Shown piece by piece: positions 29,328-38,028 of a stretch of 64,000 bases of DNA; the first letter of the stretch is position 1; each line of letters begins with the position of its first letter. The stretch is taken from the NCBI GenBank assembly GCA_016707895.1, contig JADJGV010000002.1, positions 591,695 through 655,694 of the forward strand, given 5' to 3'. The notes beneath the pieces were generated by a model that was not told where the DNA came from, made no database searches, and saw nothing but the letters and a program-made list of their open reading frames with translations. Origin of the DNA: Myxococcales bacterium. Its GTDB lineage: Bacteria > Myxococcota_A > Polyangia > Haliangiales > Haliangiaceae. The translations under genes and the position numbers were made by a program.

Positions 29328-30380
29328 ATGGTTCGCTGGCTGACACTCGTGGCGGGGGTAGCGCTCGCTGCCGGGTGCTTCAACGCCGAGCACCGATGCG
29401 GGACCGCCGCCGACTGCCCGGGCGGCACCTGCGAGCCGAACGGCTACTGCAGCTTCGCTGGCGCGACCTGCCAGGAGTACGGCGCGGGCGCCGGCAGCCT
29501 GGCCGGCACCTGCGTGCTCGACGCGGCGCCCGACGGCGCGGTGGTCGACGCGGCGGCGCCCGACGGCGCGGTGGTCGACGGCGCGGTGGTCGACGCGCGG
29601 GCGCTCGATGCGCCGCTGGCCGATGCGCCGCTGGTCGATGCGCGGCTGGTCGACGCGCCGCTGGTCGACGCCGGCTGCACCAGCGGCCATGACGAGGACG
29701 GCGACGCCATCCCCGACGCGTGTGACAACTGTCCCCACCTCGCCAACCAGACGCAGGCCAACATCGACGGCGACGCCCTCGGCGACGCCTGCGATCCGCG
29801 GCCGACCGTCCCGACCAGCGCGCTGGTCGCGTTCGAAGCGTGGGGCACCGCGTCGGCGTTCGTGCCGGGGTGGACCGCGGTGAGCGGGACGTGGTCGGTC
29901 GCGGGCGACGGCGTCCAGGTCGGGCTGTCGACGACCGTCGGGCGCATGACGCGGCCGGTGACGATCCCGAGCGGTGGGACCGGCGGCGTCTTCGTCGAGA
30001 TCGGCTTCAACCTGTCCCAGGTCCAGGCGCCGAGCTACCTGTCGGTGTTCGCGCCGGTGGCGGCCGACTTCGCGAGCGGCAACGGCTGCGGGATACGCCA
30101 GGAGCTGATCTCGCCGCAGCCGACCCTGATCAGCCAGACCGCGACCAGCGCCACGGCGTTCAGCAACACCACGCTGGCCACCTACGAGGGCACGCTGACG
30201 CCGCCGGTGGTCGGGGTGATCCGCCTCGAGCACCGCGACGACGCGACCACCTGCACCGGGACCATCGGCGCGGTCAGCCACACCGGCGACGCGACGTTCC
30301 CCGGCGCGATCGATCACGTCGGCCTGGTGACCCGCGGCCTCGCGGGCGTGATCCGCTACGCGATCGTCTACACCGACTGA
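29328..30380 (+). CDS. lipoprotein with degenerate (A/L)VDA repeats and thrombospondin-type-3-like Asp boxes
   Basis: LAAGCFNAE lipobox. Repeats [18 protein letters not shown]…[25 protein letters not shown]…[10 protein letters not shown] are calcium-binding TSP3-like motifs. Confidence 0.55.
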   Translation: MVRWLTLVAGVALAAGCFNAEHRCGTAADCPGGTCEPNGYCSFAGATCQEYGAGAGSLAGTCVLDAAPDGAVVDAAAPDGAVVDGAVVDARALDAPLADAPLVDARLVDAPLVDAGCTSGHDEDGDAIPDACDNCPHLANQTQANIDGDALGDACDPRPTVPTSALVAFEAWGTASAFVPGWTAVSGTWSVAGDGVQVGLSTTVGRMTRPVTIPSGGTGGVFVEIGFNLSQVQAPSYLSVFAPVAADFASGNGCGIRQELISPQPTLISQTATSATAFSNTTLATYEGTLTPPVVGVIRLEHRDDATTCTGTIGAVSHTGDATFPGAIDHVGLVTRGLAGVIRYAIVYTD

Positions 30381-30811
30381 GCGCCGAGCGCGCGCGCGAT
30401 CCGGGTGGCGTCGGCGTCGAGCGCGGCCCGCGGCACCGGCGGCAGCAGCCGGCGCGGGCCGATCGCCAGCGCGCGCCACAGGTCGCCGCGCACCCGCGGC
30501 ACGACGTGCACGTGCAGGTGGGCCACGGTCTGGCCGGCGGCGGGGCCGTCGTTGACCAGCAGGTTGACGTCGTCGCACGGCAGGCCGGCGGCGCGCACCG
30601 CCGCGGTCACGTCGCGGGCCAGCGCGAACACCGCCGCGACGTCGTCGGGCGGCAGGTCGCCGAGCCGCTGGCCGTGGCGGGTCGGCACGCACAGCACGTG
30701 CCCGCGGCGCCACGGCCGGATGTCCATGAACGCCACCGCCGCCGGGCGCCGGCACACCACGCTGGCCGGTGCCTCGTCGCGCACGATCGCGCAGAAGACG
30801 CAGGGCGCCAC
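30368..30811 (-). CDS. HIT-family (histidine triad) hydrolase
   Basis: 147-aa tail of track ORF 30368..31345, with a GTG start. CVFCAIV… followed by the HLHVHVVPR histidine triad. Confidence 0.75.
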   Translation of the reverse strand: MAPCVFCAIVRDEAPASVVCRRPAAVAFMDIRPWRRGHVLCVPTRHGQRLGDLPPDDVAAVFALARDVTAAVRAAGLPCDDVNLLVNDGPAAGQTVAHLHVHVVPRVRGDLWRALAIGPRRLLPPVPRAALDADATRIARALGAQSV

Positions 30812-30825
30812 GCCCCGATGGTACG

Positions 30826-31728
30826 TCAGCGGCGGCTGAGCTGCAGCGGCGCGTCGCCGCTGCGGCTGCCGCGGTCGATGCGGTAGACCACGCCGACGGT
30901 GAGCTGGCGCTGATCGAAGCCGCCGTCGAGGATCGGCAGCATCGTCGCCGCCATGCCGGCGTCGCCGCGATCGACGATCGAGCCCTCGACGTAGACGTCC
31001 CAGTCCTTCACCACGGCGTAGACCGAGCCGACCGTCACGTCGAGCCGGGTGTTGGGCTCGATCCCCGACGACGACGCCACCGGCACCGCGAGGTTGGCGC
31101 CCATCCAGGTGCCCCACCAGCCGTTCGGCGTGTGGAACATGACCTGGCCGCCGACGGTGGCCTCGGCCAGCCACTGGTCGGGCGTCGCGTCGAAGCGCAG
31201 CGCGGTGGCGTCGGCGCCGCCGCTGACCTGGAACGACAGCGTCTGATCGGGGTGCGCGCGGAACACCATCGCGGTGGCGGCGCTGCCCCACAGCCCGTCG
31301 TCGCCGAGCGTCGGCCCGCCGCTGCTCGAGGCCGCCAGCGCCCACTTCGGCGACACCGCGATCTTGATCCCGGCGGTCGCGCGCTGCAGGGGGCTGGCGT
31401 CGCTGTACGCCGGCTGCTTGGCCAGCAGATCGAGCGACCCGAACAGCTCGACCCGGCGCGCCGCGGTGTAGCGGACCCGGGCCCGCGCCAACCCGACGTC
31501 GGTGAGCTTGAGCGCGCGGCCCTCGGCCAGGCCGACGTCGCTGGTGATGAAGCGCAGCTCGCCGCCGACGTCCCAGCCCGGCGGGCCGACCAGCCAGTCG
31601 CGGGTCGCGGCGCGGGCGTCGCCGACGTCGCCGATCGCCAGGCCGTCGGCGGCGAAGCCGCGCTCCGGGGGCTGGGCGAGGGCGGTCGCGGGGACGGCGA
31701 GGATGGCGAGGCAGGCGAGGCGGCGCAT
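30826..31728 (-). CDS. secreted hypothetical protein
   Basis: Signal peptide MRRLACLAILAVPATALA. 300 aa, Gly/Trp-rich, beta-rich. Confidence 0.5.
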   Translation of the reverse strand: MRRLACLAILAVPATALAQPPERGFAADGLAIGDVGDARAATRDWLVGPPGWDVGGELRFITSDVGLAEGRALKLTDVGLARARVRYTAARRVELFGSLDLLAKQPAYSDASPLQRATAGIKIAVSPKWALAASSSGGPTLGDDGLWGSAATAMVFRAHPDQTLSFQVSGGADATALRFDATPDQWLAEATVGGQVMFHTPNGWWGTWMGANLAVPVASSSGIEPNTRLDVTVGSVYAVVKDWDVYVEGSIVDRGDAGMAATMLPILDGGFDQRQLTVGVVYRIDRGSRSGDAPLQLSRR

Positions 31729-31956
31729 GCGGCTACCACGCGCGATCGCGGCAAAGGATCTCCGGTGGCGTGGTGTCGGCTGGCGATCGCCCCGCTGGCG
31801 GCGCGGCCGGCGGGGGGGGCCCTGGCAACTCGATCCGCCGGCTGATCGGGCCGCGCGACCCCGCTCCGGCGACTGGATCAGCCGGCAGACGCCGTATTGA
31901 TTTCAATCGGTTAGGCCGGTTCAGCGATGGCACCGGCCTTGCTCAATGGCTCCGGC

Positions 31957-33582
31957 ATGAAGCGCATCTCGTCCCTCGCTCTGCTGTGTGCGGCTCCGCT
32001 CGTCGCCGGCCCCCTGGCCGCGTGCACCTCCGAGGACGACCCGTACGAGGGCGAGATCGTGAAGGACGCTGACGGCAAGGCCGACACCAGCGCCGCCGCG
32101 GTGTTCATGGACATGGAGTTCGACGGCCAGCTCCTGACCGACTCGTCGTGGAACGCCGAGCAGACCGTGAAGGACCAGCTCCTCTACACGATCGGCCAGC
32201 TCAACGGGAAGAACTCGGTCGGCCGCCTCGACAAGGTGCAGCTCACCAACGTCGTGAAGACCACCGAGGCGGGCAAGACCAAGATCACCTACCACGCGAA
32301 GATGCCGGTCTCGTGGGGCAGCAAGACCAACCTGCCCTCGAGCGTCAAGCTGACCTTCCCGCTCGACATGAGCTACTCGAAGCTCGACGCGTTCGCGACC
32401 AGCTACGGTCACAGCTGCGTCGACTTCGGCGCCCACGACGTCGACTCGGGATCGATGTGGTACTACTTCCGCCCGGAGCGCTCGGGCTGCACGTTCACCG
32501 CGGCCGACGTGTTCAAGACCACCGCGTCGCTGTCGGTGTCGCCGATCAACACGACCGGCAAGTTCCCCGAGTACAACAAGGTGTGGGAGGACGGCACGCT
32601 GAAGATGGTCGCCATCTTCGGCAAGTACGAGGACGGCGCGACGTCGGGTGACGCCGGCATCGACGCCTGGAACCAGTTCATCGCGTCGATGAAGCGCGAG
32701 CTCGGCGCCTCGGTGGTGACCGTGCCGGCGACCCTGCCGACCAACCCCGGCACCACGGTCACCGACGTCGAGTTCCGCGCCACGCTGGCCGACGGCAAGA
32801 CCGTCCAGGTCAACGCGATGCTGACCGACAACGTCCGCACCGCGCTCGGCCAGACCGCGTTCCGCACCAAGTACGAGTCGCTGTCGACCCGCGCCGACTT
32901 CATCGTCTACAACGGCCACGCCGGCCTGGGCGCCAACGTCCGCGCGCTGGCCCGCGCCGGCCGCTGGGTCGCCGGCCAGTACGTCATCATGTTCGAGAAC
33001 GGCTGCGACACCTACGCCTACGTCGACGGCTCGATCATCGAGGCCCACAAGGCGGTCAACGCGGACGACCCGATCGGCACCAAGTACGTGGACGTCGTCA
33101 ACAACGGCATGCCGGCGTTCTTCTCGTCGATGCCGGGCGCGACGATGGCGATGTTCAAGGGCCTGATGTCGTACGCGGCGCCCAAGACCTACGAGCAGAT
33201 CTTCGCCAACGTCGACCGCTCGCAGGTGGTGCTGGTGACCGGCGAGGCCGACAACACCTTCACCCCGGGCGGCGGTGGCCAGCCCGAGACCTGGGCCGGC
33301 CTCAACGCCAGCGGCACCGTCAAGAAGTCGGAGATCAAGAAGTTCCCGACCCCGACCCTGGCCGCCGGCACGTACACCTTCTCGATGACCGGCACCGCGG
33401 ACGCCGACCTCTACGTCCGCGTCGGCAGCGAGCCGACCGCCTCGACCTACGACTGCCGCCCGTACAAGAACGGCTCGAACGAGTCGTGCGAGCTGACCCT
33501 GGCCCAGCCGGCCAAGGTGTTCGTCCAGGTCCGTGGCTACGCGACCACCTCGACCTTCGAGCTGGTCGGCAAGAAGAACTGA
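31957..33582 (+). CDS. lipoprotein with C-terminal pre-peptidase C-terminal (PPC)-like domain
   Basis: MKRISSLALLCAAPLVAGPLAAC lipobox. Lys/Asn/Thr/Tyr-rich extracellular composition with very high third-position GC. The C-terminus (TYTFSMTGTADADLYVRVGSEPT…FVQVRGYATTSTFELV) resembles bacterial PPC domains. Confidence 0.55.
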   Translation: MKRISSLALLCAAPLVAGPLAACTSEDDPYEGEIVKDADGKADTSAAAVFMDMEFDGQLLTDSSWNAEQTVKDQLLYTIGQLNGKNSVGRLDKVQLTNVVKTTEAGKTKITYHAKMPVSWGSKTNLPSSVKLTFPLDMSYSKLDAFATSYGHSCVDFGAHDVDSGSMWYYFRPERSGCTFTAADVFKTTASLSVSPINTTGKFPEYNKVWEDGTLKMVAIFGKYEDGATSGDAGIDAWNQFIASMKRELGASVVTVPATLPTNPGTTVTDVEFRATLADGKTVQVNAMLTDNVRTALGQTAFRTKYESLSTRADFIVYNGHAGLGANVRALARAGRWVAGQYVIMFENGCDTYAYVDGSIIEAHKAVNADDPIGTKYVDVVNNGMPAFFSSMPGATMAMFKGLMSYAAPKTYEQIFANVDRSQVVLVTGEADNTFTPGGGGQPETWAGLNASGTVKKSEIKKFPTPTLAAGTYTFSMTGTADADLYVRVGSEPTASTYDCRPYKNGSNESCELTLAQPAKVFVQVRGYATTSTFELVGKKN

Positions 33583-33644
33583 GCGCCTGCCTCGCCTGGC
33601 TTGCGGCGGCCCCTCGACGGGGCCGTCGCCGTTTTCGGGCGCCG

Positions 33645-33812
33645 TCAGCGGCGCGGCTTGGGCTTGGGGTCGGGGAACGTCTTGTGGCAGCGCGGGCAGC
33701 GGCGGAAGGCGGCCGGCCGCAGCCGCGACACCAGCTTGCGCTGGCCGCAGTGCGGGCAGGTGATCGCGGTGGTGCGGGCCAGCGCGGCGGCCATCGCGAT
33801 CGCGCCGGCCAT
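33645..33812 (-). CDS. small zinc-ribbon protein (55 aa)
   Basis: CPHCG…CPRCH four-Cys ribbon with a basic C-terminus. ATG overlaps the upstream lipoprotein stop (ATGA). Could be a spurious tail of track ORF 33645..34364. Confidence 0.3.
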   Translation of the reverse strand: MAGAIAMAAALARTTAITCPHCGQRKLVSRLRPAAFRRCPRCHKTFPDPKPKPRR

Positions 33813-34384
33813 CAGCGGCCGCCCATCGCCGACGCCATCCGCGCCTTCAGCTTGCTGGTGAGCTCGGGGCTGGCGAGGTGCTCGCAGCCCTTCCAGTCCT
33901 CCAGCGGATCCTTGGCGTTGGCCAGGCACGCCTTCATCGCCGGCGGCCAGCCGTCCTGGTTGCACGAGTCCTTGATCGCCGCCGCCGCTCGCTCGGCGAG
34001 CTTGGCCATCTCGGGCGGCCCGCCCCCGCCGCCGCCGAGCTGCTTCTCCATCGCGCCGCGCAGCTTGGCCGCCACCACGTCGCACTGCCCATCGACCTTG
34101 ACGTCCGGGAACATGCGCGGCGCGCACAGCGCGGCCGACCACACGTCCTTGGCCGCCATCAGGCACTCGCCCTGCTTGGCGTCGACGCCGGTGTCGCGGC
34201 ACGCCTTGACGAAGCGCGCCACCGTCGGCGCCCGGGTCTCCGGCGGCGCGTAGTTGCCCAGCTCGAACGCCGCGGCCGCCGCCCCCACCTTGTCGCAATC
34301 GGCCGGCGGCCCGCCGCCGCCGCCGCCGGTCTTCTGGCAACCCACCAACGCGAGCGCGACGCACAACGCGACCTGACGACTCAT
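33812..34384 (-). CDS. Cys-rich lipoprotein
   Basis: MSRQVALCVALALVGCQ lipobox. Two Gly-runs (GGGGGGP) flank Cys-containing helical segments. Confidence 0.55.
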   Translation of the reverse strand: MSRQVALCVALALVGCQKTGGGGGGPPADCDKVGAAAAAFELGNYAPPETRAPTVARFVKACRDTGVDAKQGECLMAAKDVWSAALCAPRMFPDVKVDGQCDVVAAKLRGAMEKQLGGGGGGPPEMAKLAERAAAAIKDSCNQDGWPPAMKACLANAKDPLEDWKGCEHLASPELTSKLKARMASAMGGR

Positions 34385-34458
34385 GCCCCGATCATACGCG
34401 CTCGCTCCGCCCCGCGCCCGCGCGCCGCCGATCGCCGCGTGGCGTCACCCGTACGCGA

Positions 34459-35154
34459 TCAATACGCCGCCCGCGGGCTGGCCAGCTGGCCGCCCTCGAC
34501 CGCGACCAGCCGGTAGAAGGTGCCGGCGCCGCGGTGGGCGAACTGGCCGTGCGCGGCCAGCTGCGCGTCGAGCTCGTCCTGGCGCACGTCCTCGCGCTCG
34601 AGCCAGCCGGTGGCCTCGACGAGGCCGCCCTCGGCGCCGCGGTCGTCGACGTCGACCCCGAGCAAGGTCGGGCGGCGGGTGGCGTGGAGCGGGCCGCGCA
34701 GCGTGACCAGCTCGCCGACCGCGGCGGGGACGTCGGCGGCGTCGACGATCGTGCGCGCGGCGCGCGCGACCAGCGGGCCAGCGACCCGCGGCACCAGCGC
34801 CGCCGCGTAGCCGCCGATGCCGTAGCAGCGGGCCGCCGGCGGTGGCGGCGTCGCGGCGTAGCGGACCAGCACGTGATCGCCGGCGTCGATCACCGCCGCC
34901 AGCGTCGGCGGGTCCATCGAGTCGCCGCGGGTGATCACGATCAGCATGTCGCGGCCGAAGTCGATCGGCGGACGGGCGCGCAGCGGATCGGTCGAGCGCG
35001 GGGCCGGCTGGCGTTGCTGGATCCGGTGGGTCGGCAGCGTCGTGATCAGCGCGTCGTAGGCGGCCTCGTCGCGGATCGCGCGCGTGGTCGGCGCGTCGTC
35101 GTCGCCGAGGTGGATCTGCCCGAGCCAGCGCGCGGTGATGGGGAGGCTCCGCAT
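34459..35154 (-). CDS. hypothetical protein
   Basis: 231-aa ORF with native codon bias. No motif. Confidence 0.4.
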   Translation of the reverse strand: MRSLPITARWLGQIHLGDDDAPTTRAIRDEAAYDALITTLPTHRIQQRQPAPRSTDPLRARPPIDFGRDMLIVITRGDSMDPPTLAAVIDAGDHVLVRYAATPPPPAARCYGIGGYAAALVPRVAGPLVARAARTIVDAADVPAAVGELVTLRGPLHATRRPTLLGVDVDDRGAEGGLVEATGWLEREDVRQDELDAQLAAHGQFAHRGAGTFYRLVAVEGGQLASPRAAY

Positions 35155-35194
35155 GACCCGACGGTAGCGCGCCGGCGGTGGTTCTTGCCCGCTG

Positions 35195-35833
35195 TCACGG
35201 CCGAGCGGCCGCTGGCGAAGTGACCAGCCGGCCCGCGTCGAGCACCAGCTCGCGGGTCGCCACCTGCGCCCGCACCGCGGGATCGTGGGTGGCGATCAGC
35301 ACGCCAGCGCCGGCGGCGGCCGCGGCCGCCAGCAGCGTCGCCATCGCGGCCAGCGCGCCGGCGTCGAGCCCGTTGTCGGGCTCGTCGAGCACCAGCGCCG
35401 GCGGCGCGCCGATCAGCGCCGCCGCCAGGCACGCGCGCCGGCGCTGCCCCAGCGACATCCGCTCGAAGCGGCGATCGGCGATTGGCGCGAGCTCGAGCGC
35501 GTCGGCTACCGCGGTCGGCAGCGCCGCGCCGCCGCGCAGCCCGCCGACCAGCGCCCACAGCTCGGCCGCGGTCAGGTGGCCCGGCGGATCGGCGCCCTCG
35601 GGCACGTAGCCGACGCGGCGCCGGGTCCCCGAGGTCGCGCCGGCGATCGCCACCCAGCCGCGATCGATCGTCAGCGCGCCCGCGATCATCGCCAGCGTCG
35701 TCGACTTGCCGGCGCCGTTGCCGCCGACCAGCGCGACGAGCTCGCCGGGCGCCACCGCGAACGCCACGTCGTCGACCACCCAGCGGTCACCGCGGCGCTT
35801 GCCCAGCCCGCGCACCTCGATCGCCGCGGTCAT
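35195..35833 (-). CDS. ABC transporter ATP-binding protein
   Basis: 212-aa tail of track ORF 35195..38023. Walker A GGNGAGKST, signature LSLGQRRR, Walker B LVLDEP, H-loop THD. Confidence 0.75.
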   Translation of the reverse strand: MTAAIEVRGLGKRRGDRWVVDDVAFAVAPGELVALVGGNGAGKSTTLAMIAGALTIDRGWVAIAGATSGTRRRVGYVPEGADPPGHLTAAELWALVGGLRGGAALPTAVADALELAPIADRRFERMSLGQRRRACLAAALIGAPPALVLDEPDNGLDAGALAAMATLLAAAAAAGAGVLIATHDPAVRAQVATRELVLDAGRLVTSPAAARP

Positions 35834-36924
35834 CGCCCGCGCCCCCCGACGGCGACCGCGCCGCCGACCAGCACCACCGCCGCCACGCCGAGCAGCGACA
35901 GCATCCCGATCGCGATCACCGACGCCAGCGCCACGCCGCCCGCGCCGCCGGCCAGCGTCTGGCCCGGGTGCGGCGCCGCGATCGCCCGCCGCGCGACCGC
36001 GGTCATCGCCAGGCCGACGCCGACGCCGGCCGCGATCGACACCGCCGCGATCGCCGCGACGTGCGCCGCCGGCGGCGCCGCGATCGCGATCGTCGCCGCC
36101 GCCACCACCGCGCCCAAGAGCGCGCCGGCGATCACCAGCACCAGCGCCCGCGCCCCGGCCACCGCGCCGCGCGAGGTCGCGGCCGCCGCCACCCACGCCC
36201 GCAGCCGCAGGTCGTCCTCGACCACCGCGGTGCCCACCGCGACCAGCCCGCACGCCACCGCCACCGCCGCCACCGCCGCCACCAGCGTCGCCGACGGCAG
36301 CGCCGCGACCGCCGCGCTCTCGATCAGCGCCGCGCCCAGCGCGCCGCCCAGCACCGCCAGCCCCGCCGCGAACAGCACCGACCCGCCCCGCCGGCGCACG
36401 ATCGCCCGCGCGTGCACGCCGACCAGCGCCGCCACCGCGCCGCGCCACCGCGGCCGCCGCGGCGCCCGCACCCAGCGCGCCATCGCCAGCGCGATCGCCA
36501 GCGACGCCAGCGCCAGCCCGAGCCAGGTCAGCGCGCCGGTCGCGCCGCGCGCCGCGATCGCCACCGCCGCCCACGGCGCGTGGATCGCCAGCGCCGTCGC
36601 CAGCCGCGCCGCCACCTCGAGCCCCGGCGCCCCCGGCAGCGAGCGCAGCAGCTCGAGCCCGGGCGCACCGACGATCGCCCGCGCCGCCGGCGTCAGCAGC
36701 ACCAGCCAGCCGCACGCGACCACCGCGATCACCCGCGGCGCGCCGGCGGCCAGGGCCGCCACGTCGCGCGGGGCCAGGCCGTTGCCGCCGAACACCGCGC
36801 CACCGACGATCGCCGCGCCCAGCCACGCCGGCATCGCGCGGCCCAGCCCGGCGCGCCCCAGCGTCGCCAGCCACACCCGTCCGGCGCGGGTCCAGGCCCA
36901 GGCGGACGGCGCGGCGAGCTGCAT
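35830..36924 (-). CDS. ABC-transporter-associated polytopic membrane protein (permease-like)
   Basis: Translationally coupled (ATGA) upstream of the ATPase. Very hydrophobic Ala/Leu/Val/Gly-rich protein with about 8-10 TM helices. Confidence 0.5.
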   Translation of the reverse strand: MQLAAPSAWAWTRAGRVWLATLGRAGLGRAMPAWLGAAIVGGAVFGGNGLAPRDVAALAAGAPRVIAVVACGWLVLLTPAARAIVGAPGLELLRSLPGAPGLEVAARLATALAIHAPWAAVAIAARGATGALTWLGLALASLAIALAMARWVRAPRRPRWRGAVAALVGVHARAIVRRRGGSVLFAAGLAVLGGALGAALIESAAVAALPSATLVAAVAAVAVACGLVAVGTAVVEDDLRLRAWVAAAATSRGAVAGARALVLVIAGALLGAVVAAATIAIAAPPAAHVAAIAAVSIAAGVGVGLAMTAVARRAIAAPHPGQTLAGGAGGVALASVIAIGMLSLLGVAAVVLVGGAVAVGGRGR

Positions 36925-36979
36925 CGGCGCCACCATACAGCTTGACCCGCCCACGCGCTGGCCCTATGTCTCCACCGCA

Positions 36980-37993
36980 GTGCACTTCATCGACGAGGCG
37001 ACGATCCACGTGAAGGCCGGCGACGGCGGCGACGGCTCGTCGGCGATGCGCCGCGAGGACAACGTGCCGCTGGGCGGCCCGTCGGGCGGCGACGGTGGCA
37101 ACGGCGCCAGCGTGGTGTTCCGCGCCGACGTCCAGCTCGGCTCGCTGCTCGACTTCCGCTACAAGCGCCACTACAAGGGCGAGCGCGGCGAGCACGGCCG
37201 GGCCAAGGATCAGTACGGCGCGGCCGCCGAGGATCTGGTGCTGCGGGTGCCGGTCGGCACGGTGATCTACGACGCCGACACCGGCGATCTGCTGGCCGAC
37301 CTCGCCACCGACGGCGCGCGCGCGGTCGTGGCCCAGGGCGGCAAGGGCGGCCGCGGCAACATCCACTTCAAGACCCCGTGGAACCAGGCGCCGCGCACCT
37401 GCGAGCCGGGCACGCCGGGCCAGGAGCGCACGCTGCGCCTCGAGCTCAAGCTGCTCGCCGACGTCGGCCTGCTCGGCTACCCCAACGTCGGCAAGTCGAC
37501 GTTCATCTCGCGGGTGTCGCGGGCCCGGCCCAAGATCGCCGACTACCCGTTCACGACGCTGGCGCCCAACCTGGGGGTGGTGCGGCTGTCCGACGAGCGC
37601 AGCCTGATCATCGCCGACATCCCCGGGCTGATCGAGGGCGCCGCCGAGGGCGCGGGGCTCGGCCACCAGTTCCTGCGCCACGTCGAGCGCTGCCGCGCGC
37701 TGCTGCACATCCTCGACGACACGTACACCACCGGGCCCGAGCGCGATCCGCTCAAGGACTTCGACGTCATCAACGCCGAGCTGGCCCGCTACGCGCCGCA
37801 CCTGGCCGACAAGCCGCAGCTGGTCGTGCTCAACAAGCTCGACGCCGGCACCACCCACGGCTCGGTCGACGAGCTGACGGCGCAGTTCGCGGCCCGCGGC
37901 ATCACGCTGCACACCATGTCGGCCGCCACCGGCGAGGGCGTCGACGCGGTGATCGCGCGGCTGTGGGACCTGGTGCATCCGCGGCCGGAGTGA
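36980..37993 (+). CDS. obg: GTPase Obg/CgtA
   Basis: GTG start gives (M)HFIDEATIHVKAGDGGDG…, the Obg N-domain Gly-rich motif. GLLGYPNVGKST is the G1 motif, DIPGLIEGA the G3, NKLD the G4. Tail of track ORF 35285..37993. Confidence 0.85.
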   Translation: MHFIDEATIHVKAGDGGDGSSAMRREDNVPLGGPSGGDGGNGASVVFRADVQLGSLLDFRYKRHYKGERGEHGRAKDQYGAAAEDLVLRVPVGTVIYDADTGDLLADLATDGARAVVAQGGKGGRGNIHFKTPWNQAPRTCEPGTPGQERTLRLELKLLADVGLLGYPNVGKSTFISRVSRARPKIADYPFTTLAPNLGVVRLSDERSLIIADIPGLIEGAAEGAGLGHQFLRHVERCRALLHILDDTYTTGPERDPLKDFDVINAELARYAPHLADKPQLVVLNKLDAGTTHGSVDELTAQFAARGITLHTMSAATGEGVDAVIARLWDLVHPRPE

Positions 37994-38012
37994 TCCGGCG
38001 CCGCGCCGGATC
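37992..38012 (+). terminator. GC-rich hairpin (9-bp stem GATCCGGCG/CGCCGGATC, 3-nt loop) overlapping the obg stop; putative U-tract-less terminator/attenuator
   Basis: Perfect inverted repeat read directly from the sequence. No T-tract follows, as is usual in very high-GC genomes. Confidence 0.3.
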
Positions 38013-38028
38013 GTGATATCCACGAGGC

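Noticed and set aside
35195-38023. 942-aa minus ORF and 902-aa plus ORF (35285..37993) spanning the ABC genes and obg
   Set aside because: Only the C-terminal 212 aa of the minus ORF (ABC ATPase) and the C-terminal 338 aa of the plus ORF (Obg) are real. The remainders are opposite-strand or out-of-frame read-through typical of 70% GC DNA.
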